Positions 52,030 to 62,739 of a stretch of 64,000 nt of DNA are shown here, in pieces. Numbering within the stretch: the stretch's first letter is position 1; each line of letters begins with the position of its first letter. Below the pieces are notes generated by a model. The model was given only the letters and a program-made list of their open reading frames with translations, made no database searches and was not told where the DNA came from. The stretch covers positions 78,683,258 to 78,747,257 of the forward strand of contig NC_068990.1 of assembly GCF_001194135.2 (NCBI RefSeq), read 5' to 3'. The position numbers were made by a program, and so were the translations under genes. Origin of the DNA: Octopus bimaculoides. Lineage: Eukaryota.

Positions 52030-54002
52030 TGAAATCAGCAAATTTGTTGATTATTGATCACAAGATTTGGTTTCTTGATTCTATAATTTGATCTCCCAGA
52101 GGCTGCCTAGGACTTTTCTCTATTCTCTGAAAGAAACCATAAAACCAGTTTTACACTCTACACGAACACTTTGGAGGAGTCACACTCACAGGGTAGAATG
52201 CCATAGAATTCCAGTGGATCTTTAACAAGGAATTTAACTTTGATAAAAACAAACGCACAATTCCAGAGAAATAGACTCATTTTTATGTTTGAAGCATAAA
52301 ATATCTTTGGAACACACACACACAGAAATATTTGGATAATAACATCGAACATGTTATTAATTCCAAGGTTTTCAAATAAAATTTTCTATGAAAATAGTGA
52401 CAATCTTTAAAATCAACAGCCAAGTGGAATTTCTTTAAGAGTTGGTTTGAATCTTCATAACAGACGTTGGTTTAAATATTTTCTCCTTCACACCAGATCC
52501 ACCCCACGACATCTATTATTTTTGTTGTTTACATTTCAAATTAAATCTTCAGATATTTACTCTCCTTCACACAACCTCAATTCAATGTTTCCAATCAAAA
52601 ATAAACAGATTCCAAACCATATTTGTAGACGAAGTGTTTTCATTACGGCGACACTTTTCTTCACTAAAATATTTTCGCTGAATGTTTTCAGGCAGCTATT
52701 TTATGTTTTAAGAGTTGCAATAGCCATGAAGGAACGAACAGTTGCGTCTTCCTATCACAGAACTGGTGTTCCTTTGCATTGATGTCTCATAAATCACTGA
52801 GCAACCTAACAACGAATTTGTCAGTGAGGTGGTGGTGGTTGTGTTAAAGGTTGTAGTAGTGCGGTGCTGCCTGCAATTATTTGCTGATGATCGTAGAGAT
52901 GTGATGATGCATTCATTAGTTGGCTAGAAGCAGTCACATTGTGTTCTTGGGCATGTTTCTTAACTCTACTTGTATAATTAAACAAAATAAAATGTTTCGT
53001 TTAACCAATAGTCATATATTCTTGGATGAAATTCTTAACTCTGTTTGAATAATTATATAAAATAAAACAAATATTTCGTTTAGTTAGTAACCATACTGTG
53101 TTTTAGGACGAGTTTCTTAACTCTATCCACCTGTTAAAATAAACAAACTAGAACGAATAAATTTCGTTTAAGCGAAGAAATGCAAAAGCGATCTCTTTCA
53201 CTTTTAAATGGATATAAAAGTATAAGAAAGAAATATGAGATAAAAGAATATTTATATTGACCACATACCTTGATGATGTCTCGTGTTTCACAGGAGTTAG
53301 CGAGAAACTTGGCAAAATAAATTGATTCCATTAATGAGGCCTAATGGTATTCTTGACATTAGGTTGCCTCACAACTTAAAGTCATGACCGTTAACGGCCA
53401 TGACATCAAGATAAATAGAAAAGGTTTTAAATATTGATTGTAAGCAATAATTTGACGTAAAAACAACGTCAGACAATGATAAACTTAATACTCGCCGCAG
53501 TTCCATCAATTGAACCGTGACTGCTGTTTCTTGAAACATCTTGCGAACGGAACTAGTGAAAGTTTACTAATTTCACCGGGTGACTGCTTATCAATGAAAG
53601 TAAAAGCTGGTATAAATGATTTAATTAAACTAAAACAAATTTACATTCTTGGTAATTAGAAAAACAATTGTTGTTTCTTTGATTAAAAGAGTAATACCAA
53701 AGATAATCCCGGAATGGAAATGTTTTATCTATTTATTTCTTGTTTTCTTTAATAATTATGAAGATGTCTGGCAAATGAATTGATCTGAGACCGTGCGTTT
53801 GGAACTAAAACAATTCCAGTCTGGAAGACATAGATTAGCCATTCAAAAAACACGAAAATTAAACTTTAATATTTATTAATTGGTGTCAAAATTTTCCTCT
53901 GAGAAAGGAGCTGGTTTCTAACAAAAATGCAAAGCTCCATCGTTGGAAAGAAGGTAATAAGAATAATGTCACATTTTAAACTTGAGAAAAGTCTTGCATA
54001 TT

Positions 54003-54008
54003 TTTATT
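54003..54008 (-). terminator. Candidate polyadenylation signal of the P4H-like gene
   Basis: First AATAAA on the - strand downstream of the stop at 54535. Confidence 0.3.
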
Positions 54009-54534
54009 GTTCCACTTACAGATTGTATTTGTAATGTGTGAGTTAGTTGATTTCTTTTTCTGAGGACCCTAGCTTATCCAGATCATGCATGCGTGCATGT
54101 ATGTATGTATGTATGTATGTATGTATGTATGTATGTATGTATCTATGGATGGATGGATGTATGCATGTTGTAAAGTGTGTGTTTTGGGGAGTGGGATACA
54201 GTGTGACTGAAGTAAACACAAAAAAAAACCTGATGTAATAGTAGTAGTAGTAGTAGTAGTTTGGTGGTTGCCAGAAATGGTACAAGAAACCGAACTAAAT
54301 ACTTTGTAGTATTTAGTTCCGTCCCTTTAGTTTCAAGTTCGAATCGTTGTGAAGTCAATTTTACTCTCCAATCACTCGGTGTTCATAAAATAAAATATCA
54401 ATAAATTAAAATCGATTGAATTGTCTCTCTCCTTCTCCTTCCCCCTTCCCCATCTCTCTCCCCTTCCCTCTTTCTCTCTCCATTTTTTAGCTGCCCTGTA
54501 CCAACATTAAGGATGATCGTCATCTTTGTTGCTG

Positions 54535-54721
54535 TTAAATGAGTAATCTTTTACCGATAGATCGATACTGCAGAAGGTGATCATAATTCCAGTCATCATA
54601 CCAATGACAACTTCCACTCTCAGACTCGTCACAAGTCACTCGGGGTTGATCCTCGTCACGGATTGGTAGATGTGGCTTGGGAGGTCGTTTCCCCAATGAG
54701 TAGAAACTCTCGTAGTAATAC
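54535..54721 (-). CDS. P4H-like terminal exon (187 nt)
   Basis: tgtag|G TAT TAC TAC...ATT TAA = (W)YYYESFYSLGKRPPKPHLPIRDEDQPRVTCDESESGSCHWYDDWNYDHLLQYRSIGKRLLI*. Confidence 0.88.
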
Positions 54722-55165
54722 CTACATTCAAAGGAATAAAGAATTAAGAAACGATGTTTAGATACACGTCACATGACAGGGAGATCACGTGGCTTGAGTT
54801 TTCTTAATTACTTAATTACTTAATTACTGCTGTCTACTAATGAATGGCGAGAAAAGAAAGAGAGGATAAGTTCTGAGGTATATCTATGAAGGAATGATCA
54901 AAACATGAGTTCTGCGATAGATCTAAGTGGCTCCACAGGTGTAAGTAACGCGAAGAGAATCTAAATTAGATCCCAGATGTACTTCAAATGAGTTTTACCT
55001 GCAATTGTTAAACACACAATGTGAATAATTTAATCATATGCATCTTAGAAATATTCAGGAGGATTTCAAGCCAAAATTGGTATTAATGTTCTGAAGAAAT
55101 TAGGCATCTGAAATGTACTTATGCACACACACACACACACACACACGCACGCACGCACACGCACA

Positions 55166-55196
<31 letters not shown>

Positions 55197-55201
55197 TATA
55201 T

Positions 55202-55353
55202 GTCCCTGAATGCAGGCTGGGCTGGTTGGAGGAGTTTGTCTCCCCTTTGTATGGATAAGGGCACAGAAAGTGTGTCAAGGCCTAATAGGAAGCGGTCTGG
55301 CTTCCTAGGGCTAAACAGCAGTAGTGTATTCCCTTATTGGGACTGTCACGTTA
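55202..55353 (+). mobile_element. Same short repeat, copy 2, lacking the ribozyme 5' part
   Basis: Shares TCTCCCCTTTG, ATAAGG.CACAGAAA.TGTGTCA, CTAGGGCTAAA.AGCAGTAG and GGACTG.CAC.TTA with 62590-62739. Flanked by (TA)n on both sides; lies in the last P4H-like intron. Confidence 0.65.
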
Positions 55354-55370
55354 AGTTGGCAGTATACAAC

Positions 55371-55413
<43 letters not shown>

Positions 55414-55859
55414 TGCATTGTGTGTGTGTGTATGCTTGAGATATGAGTTTTCAGGTGGTTAGATGAGTGATTGTGTGTCATTACTGTTGAAGGATCGAAG
55501 ACTAGCTAATATCGATGAGGCTTTAGTTTCCGTGTCTGCAACAGCAAGAATATGTCTGGAAACTTGCTATTTATGGCTTTCAATAGAATGAAAAAGTGTT
55601 GGACTGACGACTGATCTTTTATAGAAAACAGAAAAACAAGCTCTTTTTTCCTGTTATTTCTGCTGGAGATAAAATCTGGTTTCTTCTCCGTCTCTTAGCC
55701 CTAATGTCTGAACACTTGAGCTAAAATCTGATAAATTACTCCAACTTTACGGTTCATAATCAGACACCAGTCAACATAGATTTACGACGAATATATTTAT
55801 TAAACAATGTTATCATTCATATTTACAACTGGAGCTATTACACTGTAACAATTTTTTTC

Positions 55860-56330
55860 TTTCTTTGGTCAGTAAGTTTTACTTCCTATTTGTTTCTATC
55901 TAGAAATCAAAAGAACTGACTACTGTTCCCTTCAAACTTTGCTTTTGTCACCTGGACATCAATGTTTTGAAACTGACCTATTCTCCATTACATTTCAGAC
56001 AAATTCAGCATTGAGTTGCTGAAGCAGAAATATCGTTATAGCAAATATTCTGCTCAATACCACAGATTTGTTTGTCAGTTGTTTGACCATAACCAGTTGA
56101 GCATGTCCCTTAGTGGCTGACAATATGTGCACCTCTGATCATGAGTAGTTGGGGAGCATCATAGCCATGTGTTGAGAGGGATTCTTTGGGGGTTTGAATA
56201 AATATAACAAAAGCGAAGTTTGAAGGAAATATTAGTCATTTTTCATATTTTCTAGGCTTGAGCAAATGGGAAATAACAATTGCTACACAAAGAGAAAAAT
56301 CGTGTTACACAATGTTATTGCTACCATTTA
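55860..56330 (+). mobile_element. MITE-like element of about 470 bp with imperfect ~70-bp subterminal inverted repeats; second copy inverted at about 43045-43520
   Basis: Long near-identical blocks between copies (e.g. GCAAATATTCTGCTCAATACCACAGATTTGTTTGTCAGTTGTTTGACC); internal IR CCTTCAAACTTTGCTTTTGT / ACAAAAGCGAAGTTTGAAGG. Confidence 0.75.
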
Positions 56331-56443
56331 TGTAATTTATTTTGCAGTACACAGTCAAGTTACAGCTATAATAGAACTTCGAGCAATTAACACTTCTACG
56401 ACATCTAAATCCAAAAATGAAGCTGTGACCTTCTCATACTTAC

Positions 56444-56582
56444 CATCTTTGGAGAATATATTTATTCCCAGTTTTGACAGGATCAGCCAAATGTTGTGAT
56501 AAAGACTCACATTGGCCCCTTTTGTTCATGTTGTTCCATAGCAGAGCCCTTCCTTTCCGGGGACGCACCCATATTCCTAGTT
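56444..56582 (-). CDS. P4H-like exon carrying the distal His and 2OG-binding Lys (139 nt)
   Basis: ctcag|AA CTA GGA...AGA TG|gtaagt = (E)LGIWVRPRKGRALLWNNMNKRGQCESLSQHLADPVKTGNKYILQR(W). Phases match both neighbouring exons. Confidence 0.93.
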
Positions 56583-56850
56583 CTGAGATGATATATCAAG
56601 AAAAATTGTAAGTTATACGTTTTGATTTATGATCAATGTAATCGCAACGATCAGTACGATTGCAATGATGATGATGATGATAATTGCGATGAGGACGATG
56701 GGTATCATTTTTACAATGATTATCGACCTTTCGGTCCGCATGATGATGATGATGATGATGATGATGATATGCCGGAGCTCGACCAATATGGGAAAATGAC
56801 TAAAAATAAAATAAACAAACATTGTTGTAAACTCATTCCCCATCCATTCA

Positions 56851-56887
<37 letters not shown>

Positions 56888-58478
56888 TTCCCCCTCTCTC
56901 TCTCCCCTCTCTCCCCACTAAATTTCTAGAAATCAAGGGTTCACGCTGGTGAAATCAACAATTTTCAACGAATATTAAAATCACGAATGACACTTTCATA
57001 AACTATAACGGCGGTGATTTTAAGCCTAGTTGAAAATTGTTGATTTTTTTCAACGTGAAACCTAAGGTTCTAGAAAGTTAACATAGATTCTATTAAAAAG
57101 AATTGCTTCTCCAACTACACGGTGTTGAATACTCAATCTATCACACACACACACACATATCGTGAGAGAGAAAGAGAGGGTGGGGGTGGGGAGAAAAATT
57201 TATAGTTAAACTGCCTTCGTCTGACTTAAATACTCTCTAATCAACGTTTTTCAAACATAAACTATCTTCACGTCAAAAGAATCCCTCATGTCTAATTGTG
57301 TCACAATCTCTCCTTAATGTCAATACATTTTAAAACATGTCTACAATGAATCAGGCTTTCTATCTTCCATTTTGATTTGTCTCTATATTGTTTGTAAATA
57401 ACCTTGAACGATATCTTAGCAATCAGGTATATATTGGCTTTAGGTATTTAACAAGGATTAACTAGTTTCTTGTTGTTTCATCTTCAGTTTTAAAATTTTT
57501 GCTCAATTCATCAGATACTCAGAACATGTTTATAAGTAGAAGAGTTTGTCACGAAATCATTGAATTTAAGGGAAATTCTTATCAGCGCTTTGATAGTCTT
57601 CCTTTCTTCCTATTTCCGCGTCTCTTCATATTTGTTAAACCTTCAAACAGCATCTTTCAACAAACGCAGGCGAAGTTTTTGTTTCTCTTTGATAAGAATT
57701 TCATTTCAGATTTTCGCAGTTTGTCATTTGAAAACCAAGCCAAGTCCTTGCGGTTCACAAAAACTTTCAGTATCTTTAATACTGTGCACTCTGTGATGTA
57801 ATAGTCTTATCTACAGGTTTACCTTAGAAATCTTATTATTAAGATGTTGAATTAGGTTCAAATGCCGCCGGAGTCGACTTTGCCTTTTATCCTTTCGGGG
57901 TCGATAAATTAAGTACCAGTTACGCACTGGGGTAGATGTAATCGACTCATCCTCTCCCNNNNNNNNNNNNNNNNNNNNNNNNNNNNNNNNNNNNNNNNNN
58001 NNNNNNNNNNNNNNNNNNNNNNNNNNNNNNNNNNNNNNNNNNNNNNNNNNNNNNNNNNNNNNNNNNNNNNNNNNNNNNNNNNNNNNNNNNNNNNNNNNNN
58101 NNNNNNNNNNNNNNNNNNNNNNNNNNNNNNNNNNNNNNNNNNNNNNNNNNNNNNNNNNNNNNNNNNNNNNNNNNNNNNNNNNNNNNNNNNNNNNNNNNNN
58201 NNNNNNNNNNNNNNNNNNNNNNNNNNNNNNNNNNNNNNNNNNNNNNNNNNNNNNNNNNNNNNNNNNNNNNNNNNNNNNNNNNNNNNNNNNNNNNNNNNNN
58301 NNNNNNNNNNNNNNNNNNNNNNNNNNNNNNNNNNNNNNNNNNNNNNNNNNNNNNNNNNNNNNNNNNNNAAACGTAGTATTCGAGGGTTAAGATTCGATCT
58401 AAGAAAAATACAAACGTTTCACTTTATCGATATTTAGTCATCAATTTAATAATTCCTTGAATTATCGAATGTTTTTGA

Positions 58479-58509
<31 letters not shown>

Positions 58510-58855
58510 TACAGAGACAAAGAGTTGAATGATGAAAACACATCTTTACATTATCAATAGAAATAAGACATCGAAGTATCAGTGAAATGATCTTAATCAG
58601 AACAACAGAATTTGATCTGACTACTCTTATATTATACGTTAATCTCTAGTTTTTATAGTTGTTCTCACCCTGTCTGTTGATTAATAAGAGACGGGTGTCG
58701 GTGTGGGGTGGGAGGGACACAACAACAAACACCAACACAAAACGTTGACAATACTAAAACAAAGTTTGAACATTTACGCTTTTGACATTAAAAAATGGCT
58801 TCTTAATTCATTCTACTATTTTGTAAACATTTTTTTCCAATTAAAGGTAATTTAC

Positions 58856-58969
58856 CTGGAAATATTGTCTCGCCACCTTCAGTTACAGTTTCCAAATAAA
58901 TCAGAACCGTAGCAACTTTGTCTCGTTGATCATCGTTACGTTCTTGACAGTCTGTGTGTTTGTAGCAGC
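58856..58969 (-). CDS. Prolyl 4-hydroxylase-like 2OG-Fe(II) dioxygenase, exon carrying HxD (114 nt)
   Basis: ttttcag|GC TGC TAC AAA CAC ACA GAC...CCA G|gtaaa = xCYKHTDCQERNDDQRDKVATVLIYLETVTEGGETIFP(E). Carries the P4H signature ATVLIYL...GGET.FP. Confidence 0.93.
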
Positions 58970-59338
58970 CTGAAAATAACGACTTAATTAGTTTGGGATT
59001 ATGTGACATACAGCAAATATAATCTTACATTCTATACGTAAATATAGAATACGAAGGGTTTAGCTCACTGGTGATCTAAACGAATAGGTACGCTGTGTAA
59101 GTGCTATAATTAGTCATCCGTTAGGTTCCAAGTTCACAGCTGAAGCTGGAGCTCTGATGACGGTGTACGGACATGCTAGCCTATCACTTGGGATATCCCA
59201 GAAACAGCTCCAAGACTTCAAATTCACCTTAACCTTATTATTCACCTTATTCTAAATGACTTGAGACGCTCGTTCCGCCTTGGCTTTTGTTATCCTTTTT
59301 CCTCTAATATAATATATGCGTAAATATATGCATACATA

Positions 59339-59417
<79 letters not shown>

Positions 59418-60539
59418 TAGTAGTTAAACAGACAGAACCATAAACACTGGACACAGATGGAAACAAGTTGAAAATAAATTATTAAGGTGGGAGAGAAAAA
59501 TAAACGGTTTTGAAACAATTAAGTTACATAATGTTTTGAGCGGCCATCATTTTGATAAAGGGGAATTACTACCGGAAGTCAGACATAGAGACATAGATAT
59601 TCGTACATATACATACACAGACACACACACGCACACATACATACGCTCACTCACACAAACACTCACACATGCACACACATTCACACTCACACATACACAC
59701 ACATACAGCATCCATTGTATACACTCATATAAAGCACACACACACACACACACACTTATCAAGCTGCTAATCCGCCTAAAGAAGTGATTATTTATATTCT
59801 GTCAACAAGAAATGGTTTTGATTAGCGTCGAGTGGTTTAGAGTAAGTGGAAAGACGAGTGGTCAAGATACGTCCAAAATCTAATTGGTTCCTCGAGGGAT
59901 GGAACCTAGGAATATGTTGATACAATTATTAACTTCACTTAAGGATTCCGCTTGATTTGCTGGTTGGTTGGTTATTTTTAAAATCAGAAAACCAGATTTT
60001 GTTTGAATTGCCAGACCAGTCCCCTGGTTGCGTAGCGAACCAGTGAACCATTTGGTTGCCGAGTGAAGAAGTAATGTGATGCGATGCTAAATGAGGGGAA
60101 TGGAAAACTGTTNNNNNNNNNNNNNNNNNNNNAAGTGGACACAGGATGAGTGGGTGGAAGTGCCATCGACGTAATGGGCGTGGATGGGGCGGCCTGAAAT
60201 ACAGTTCGAGGAAATGCACGGCATATGAAATGATCTATACGTTGAGACTGGGGTCTGAAAGCCGCCCCCCCACACACATTAAAAGTATATATATAAATAT
60301 ATATCTTCATATATTTAAGCATATATAACTTAAAATACATACAGGCATGTATGCAACTATTGTAAGTTTCTTCATACATACATACACACACATACATACA
60401 TACATACATACATACACACATACACACACACATGCACACACATACATACATATATATACATACACACATACATATATACATACACACAGACATACATACA
60501 TGCAATATCTCACAATGCTTTTGTAGTACCAGTGCTATA

Positions 60540-61460
60540 AACGAACATTTGAGAGATTGGATTGGACACTGGACGAGATACTCTGGCTGGACTTCAAAAC
60601 CAGAAGGTATTAACCGCCAGTGGCAATTTCCACATTATCAGCAACACCGATAGAATTCACGTGAGACGAAGTGATGGCGGTAGATGCATAAGGTCAGCCT
60701 TTGACTGTCGTATTGTATCACTCAGACAATACCTGCTGAGCAGTAAAGAAAGAAATGAGTACATTCCATGCGTACTCGAAAGAGAGAGCAACCACATCTT
60801 CAGAATTGGAGAAGAACTACTGTGCAGATACTCTGAAAAGACAACTGTCTCATGCGACCCAAAGGAGGCTAGACTGGCCTATCTAAACATATCCCTTAAG
60901 TGAGAGGGCAACAACAGTATCAACAGGAAGAGTAGCTTCTCCTGAACCTTTGAAAGATATATTATATCACACTTAGGAGGATATCCACGAACAGCAGAGA
61001 GCTACTAAATACCTGACAAACAAGAGGGACAAAGATACCACCAAATCCCCACGTTGTGGTAAAAAAATATCGGTTCTGCTACACCATTGTGGAAGATATC
61101 ACCCACATCATCATCATCATCATCATCATCCATATGTATGTATGTATGTATGTATGGATGGATGGATGTAAGCATGTATGCATGTTGTAAAGTGTGTTGG
61201 GGAATGTGTGTGTTTTGGGGAGTTGGATACAGTGTGGCTGAAGTAAACACACAAAATGCCTTCGGGATATTACCTATCCCCGAAGCATGATATAGTTGCG
61301 AAGACTATTCGCAATGCTATTTGCAGGAAGGACTACCCTGGCGTATACATCAAAGGCATGTCAGAACCAATAGGTATTCACACCTTTAAAAACAAGGAAT
61401 ACTGATGGAACACTCCAATAAAAAACACCAATTCGATGCAAATATAACAAACTTAATATT
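60540..61460 (+). mobile_element. R4/Dong-like (restriction-like endonuclease clade) non-LTR retrotransposon 3' remnant, interrupted
   Basis: GNFHIISNTDRIHVRRSDGGRCI; zinc-knuckle remnant FC..IVEDITHII; KMPSGYYLSPKHDIVAKTI (RHD-like); degenerate KYNK(P)xIV endonuclease start. Insertion at about 61110-61252. Confidence 0.7.
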
Positions 61461-61599
61461 GTTCTGTGCATACATACATACATACAGACAGACAAACAGA
61501 CAGACATGCGTGCACACACATACTTGCACACACACATGTATACACATGCGTATTTACGCCACCACACAAATCTATGTATGTGTGTTTGTATATGCATGA

Positions 61600-61640
<41 letters not shown>

Positions 61641-62442
61641 TANNNNNNNNNNNNNNNNNNNNNNNNNNNNNNNNNNNNNNNNNNNNNNNNNNNNNNNNNN
61701 NNNNNNNNNNNNNNNNNNNNNNNNNNNNNNNNNNNNNNNNNNNNNNNNNNNNNNNNNNNNNNNNNNNNNNNNNNNNTATATATATATATATATAAGTGCA
61801 TATACATGAATGTGTGTGTGTGTGTGTGCGTGCGTGTATGTGTGCGTTCGTGCGTGTGCTTGACAATGTCGTAAAGTGATGTTAAGCTCCCAGCAAGATG
61901 AGTCTGCGAATCAGACTCATGTCGTTTCACTTCACTTCCTTTCGTCCCCCTTCACCTGTTCCAATTTGCTGGTCAAAGTGGATACCTGCTCATGATTAGT
62001 CCTCGATACACTTTATGAAGGTGACGTGTTCGGAGGGTTAGTGGTGGTGGTGGAATATTTCATCATTATGGAAATTTTTTAAACCAGTTGGAAGTGAGTT
62101 GACCAGATATCTAAATCAATATGAGTCAAACTCGCTCTTTCTCTTTCACTGTCTCTCAAATCGATATAAATCGATAAAATATGTACGTCAAATGTCATTA
62201 TTTAATGGAGCTGCACCACCACCTCATGTCTCTGGTTTATCATTATTTCTCCATAAATCTGGTGAACTGTCGGCGGAGAGCTCCTAGTTGCAGTTCAAAA
62301 CACCGTGTTGCTTGCTTCATAATGTTTACATATGTATACGCACGCACGCGCGCACACACATGTATTTATCTAGATAGAATGTATAAAACACAAAAGCAGA
62401 TACACACACACACACACACACACACAGAGACACACACACAGA

Positions 62443-62493
<51 letters not shown>

Positions 62494-62499
62494 TCACTT

Positions 62500-62739
62500 G
62501 AAATATATATGTTTTCAAAGGCGAATAAGCATCGACAGATAGCAAGCCATGCTACTCCAGACTGATGAAGAGCAATGACTCTGAAACTAGTCTCTGGATG
62601 CTGGCTTTGCTGGGTGGAGGTGCTTATCTCCCCTTTGAAAACATAAGGACACAGAAAATGTGTCATGGGAAACTGGAAACGGTGTTTTCTAGGGCTAAAT
62701 AGCAGTAGCATTCTTCCCTTTCATAGGACTGCCACATTA
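62500..62739 (+). mobile_element. Hammerhead-bearing short non-coding repeat (retrozyme/Penelope-terminus-like), copy 1
   Basis: Follows a (CA)n array, contains the 62542-62610 ribozyme, and 62590-62739 aligns with 55202-55353. Confidence 0.6.
62542..62610 (+). ncRNA. Type I hammerhead ribozyme with canonical core
   Basis: Stem I TCCAGA(62556-61)/TCTGGA(62593-98); core CTGATGA(62562-68); stem II AGAG/CTCT with loop CAATGA; GAAA(62583-86); palindromic stem III ACTAGT; GUC cleavage triplet (cut after 62592); distal stem I GCAAGCCA/TGGCTTTGC. Confidence 0.85.

Larger units (their letters stand above)
12060..61777. other. Assembly gaps (N): 12060-12069, 24615-25081, 26745-27435, 31128-31303, 44151-44160, 57959-58368, 60113-60132, 61643-61777
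   Basis: Runs of N, mostly adjacent to microsatellites; draft scaffold. Confidence 0.99.

Noticed and set aside
59906-59938. 33-nt GT...AG segment that would keep the 60 kb ORF in frame
   Set aside because: Too short for a typical metazoan intron, and the resulting join to the HxD exon would omit the first half of the P4H fold.
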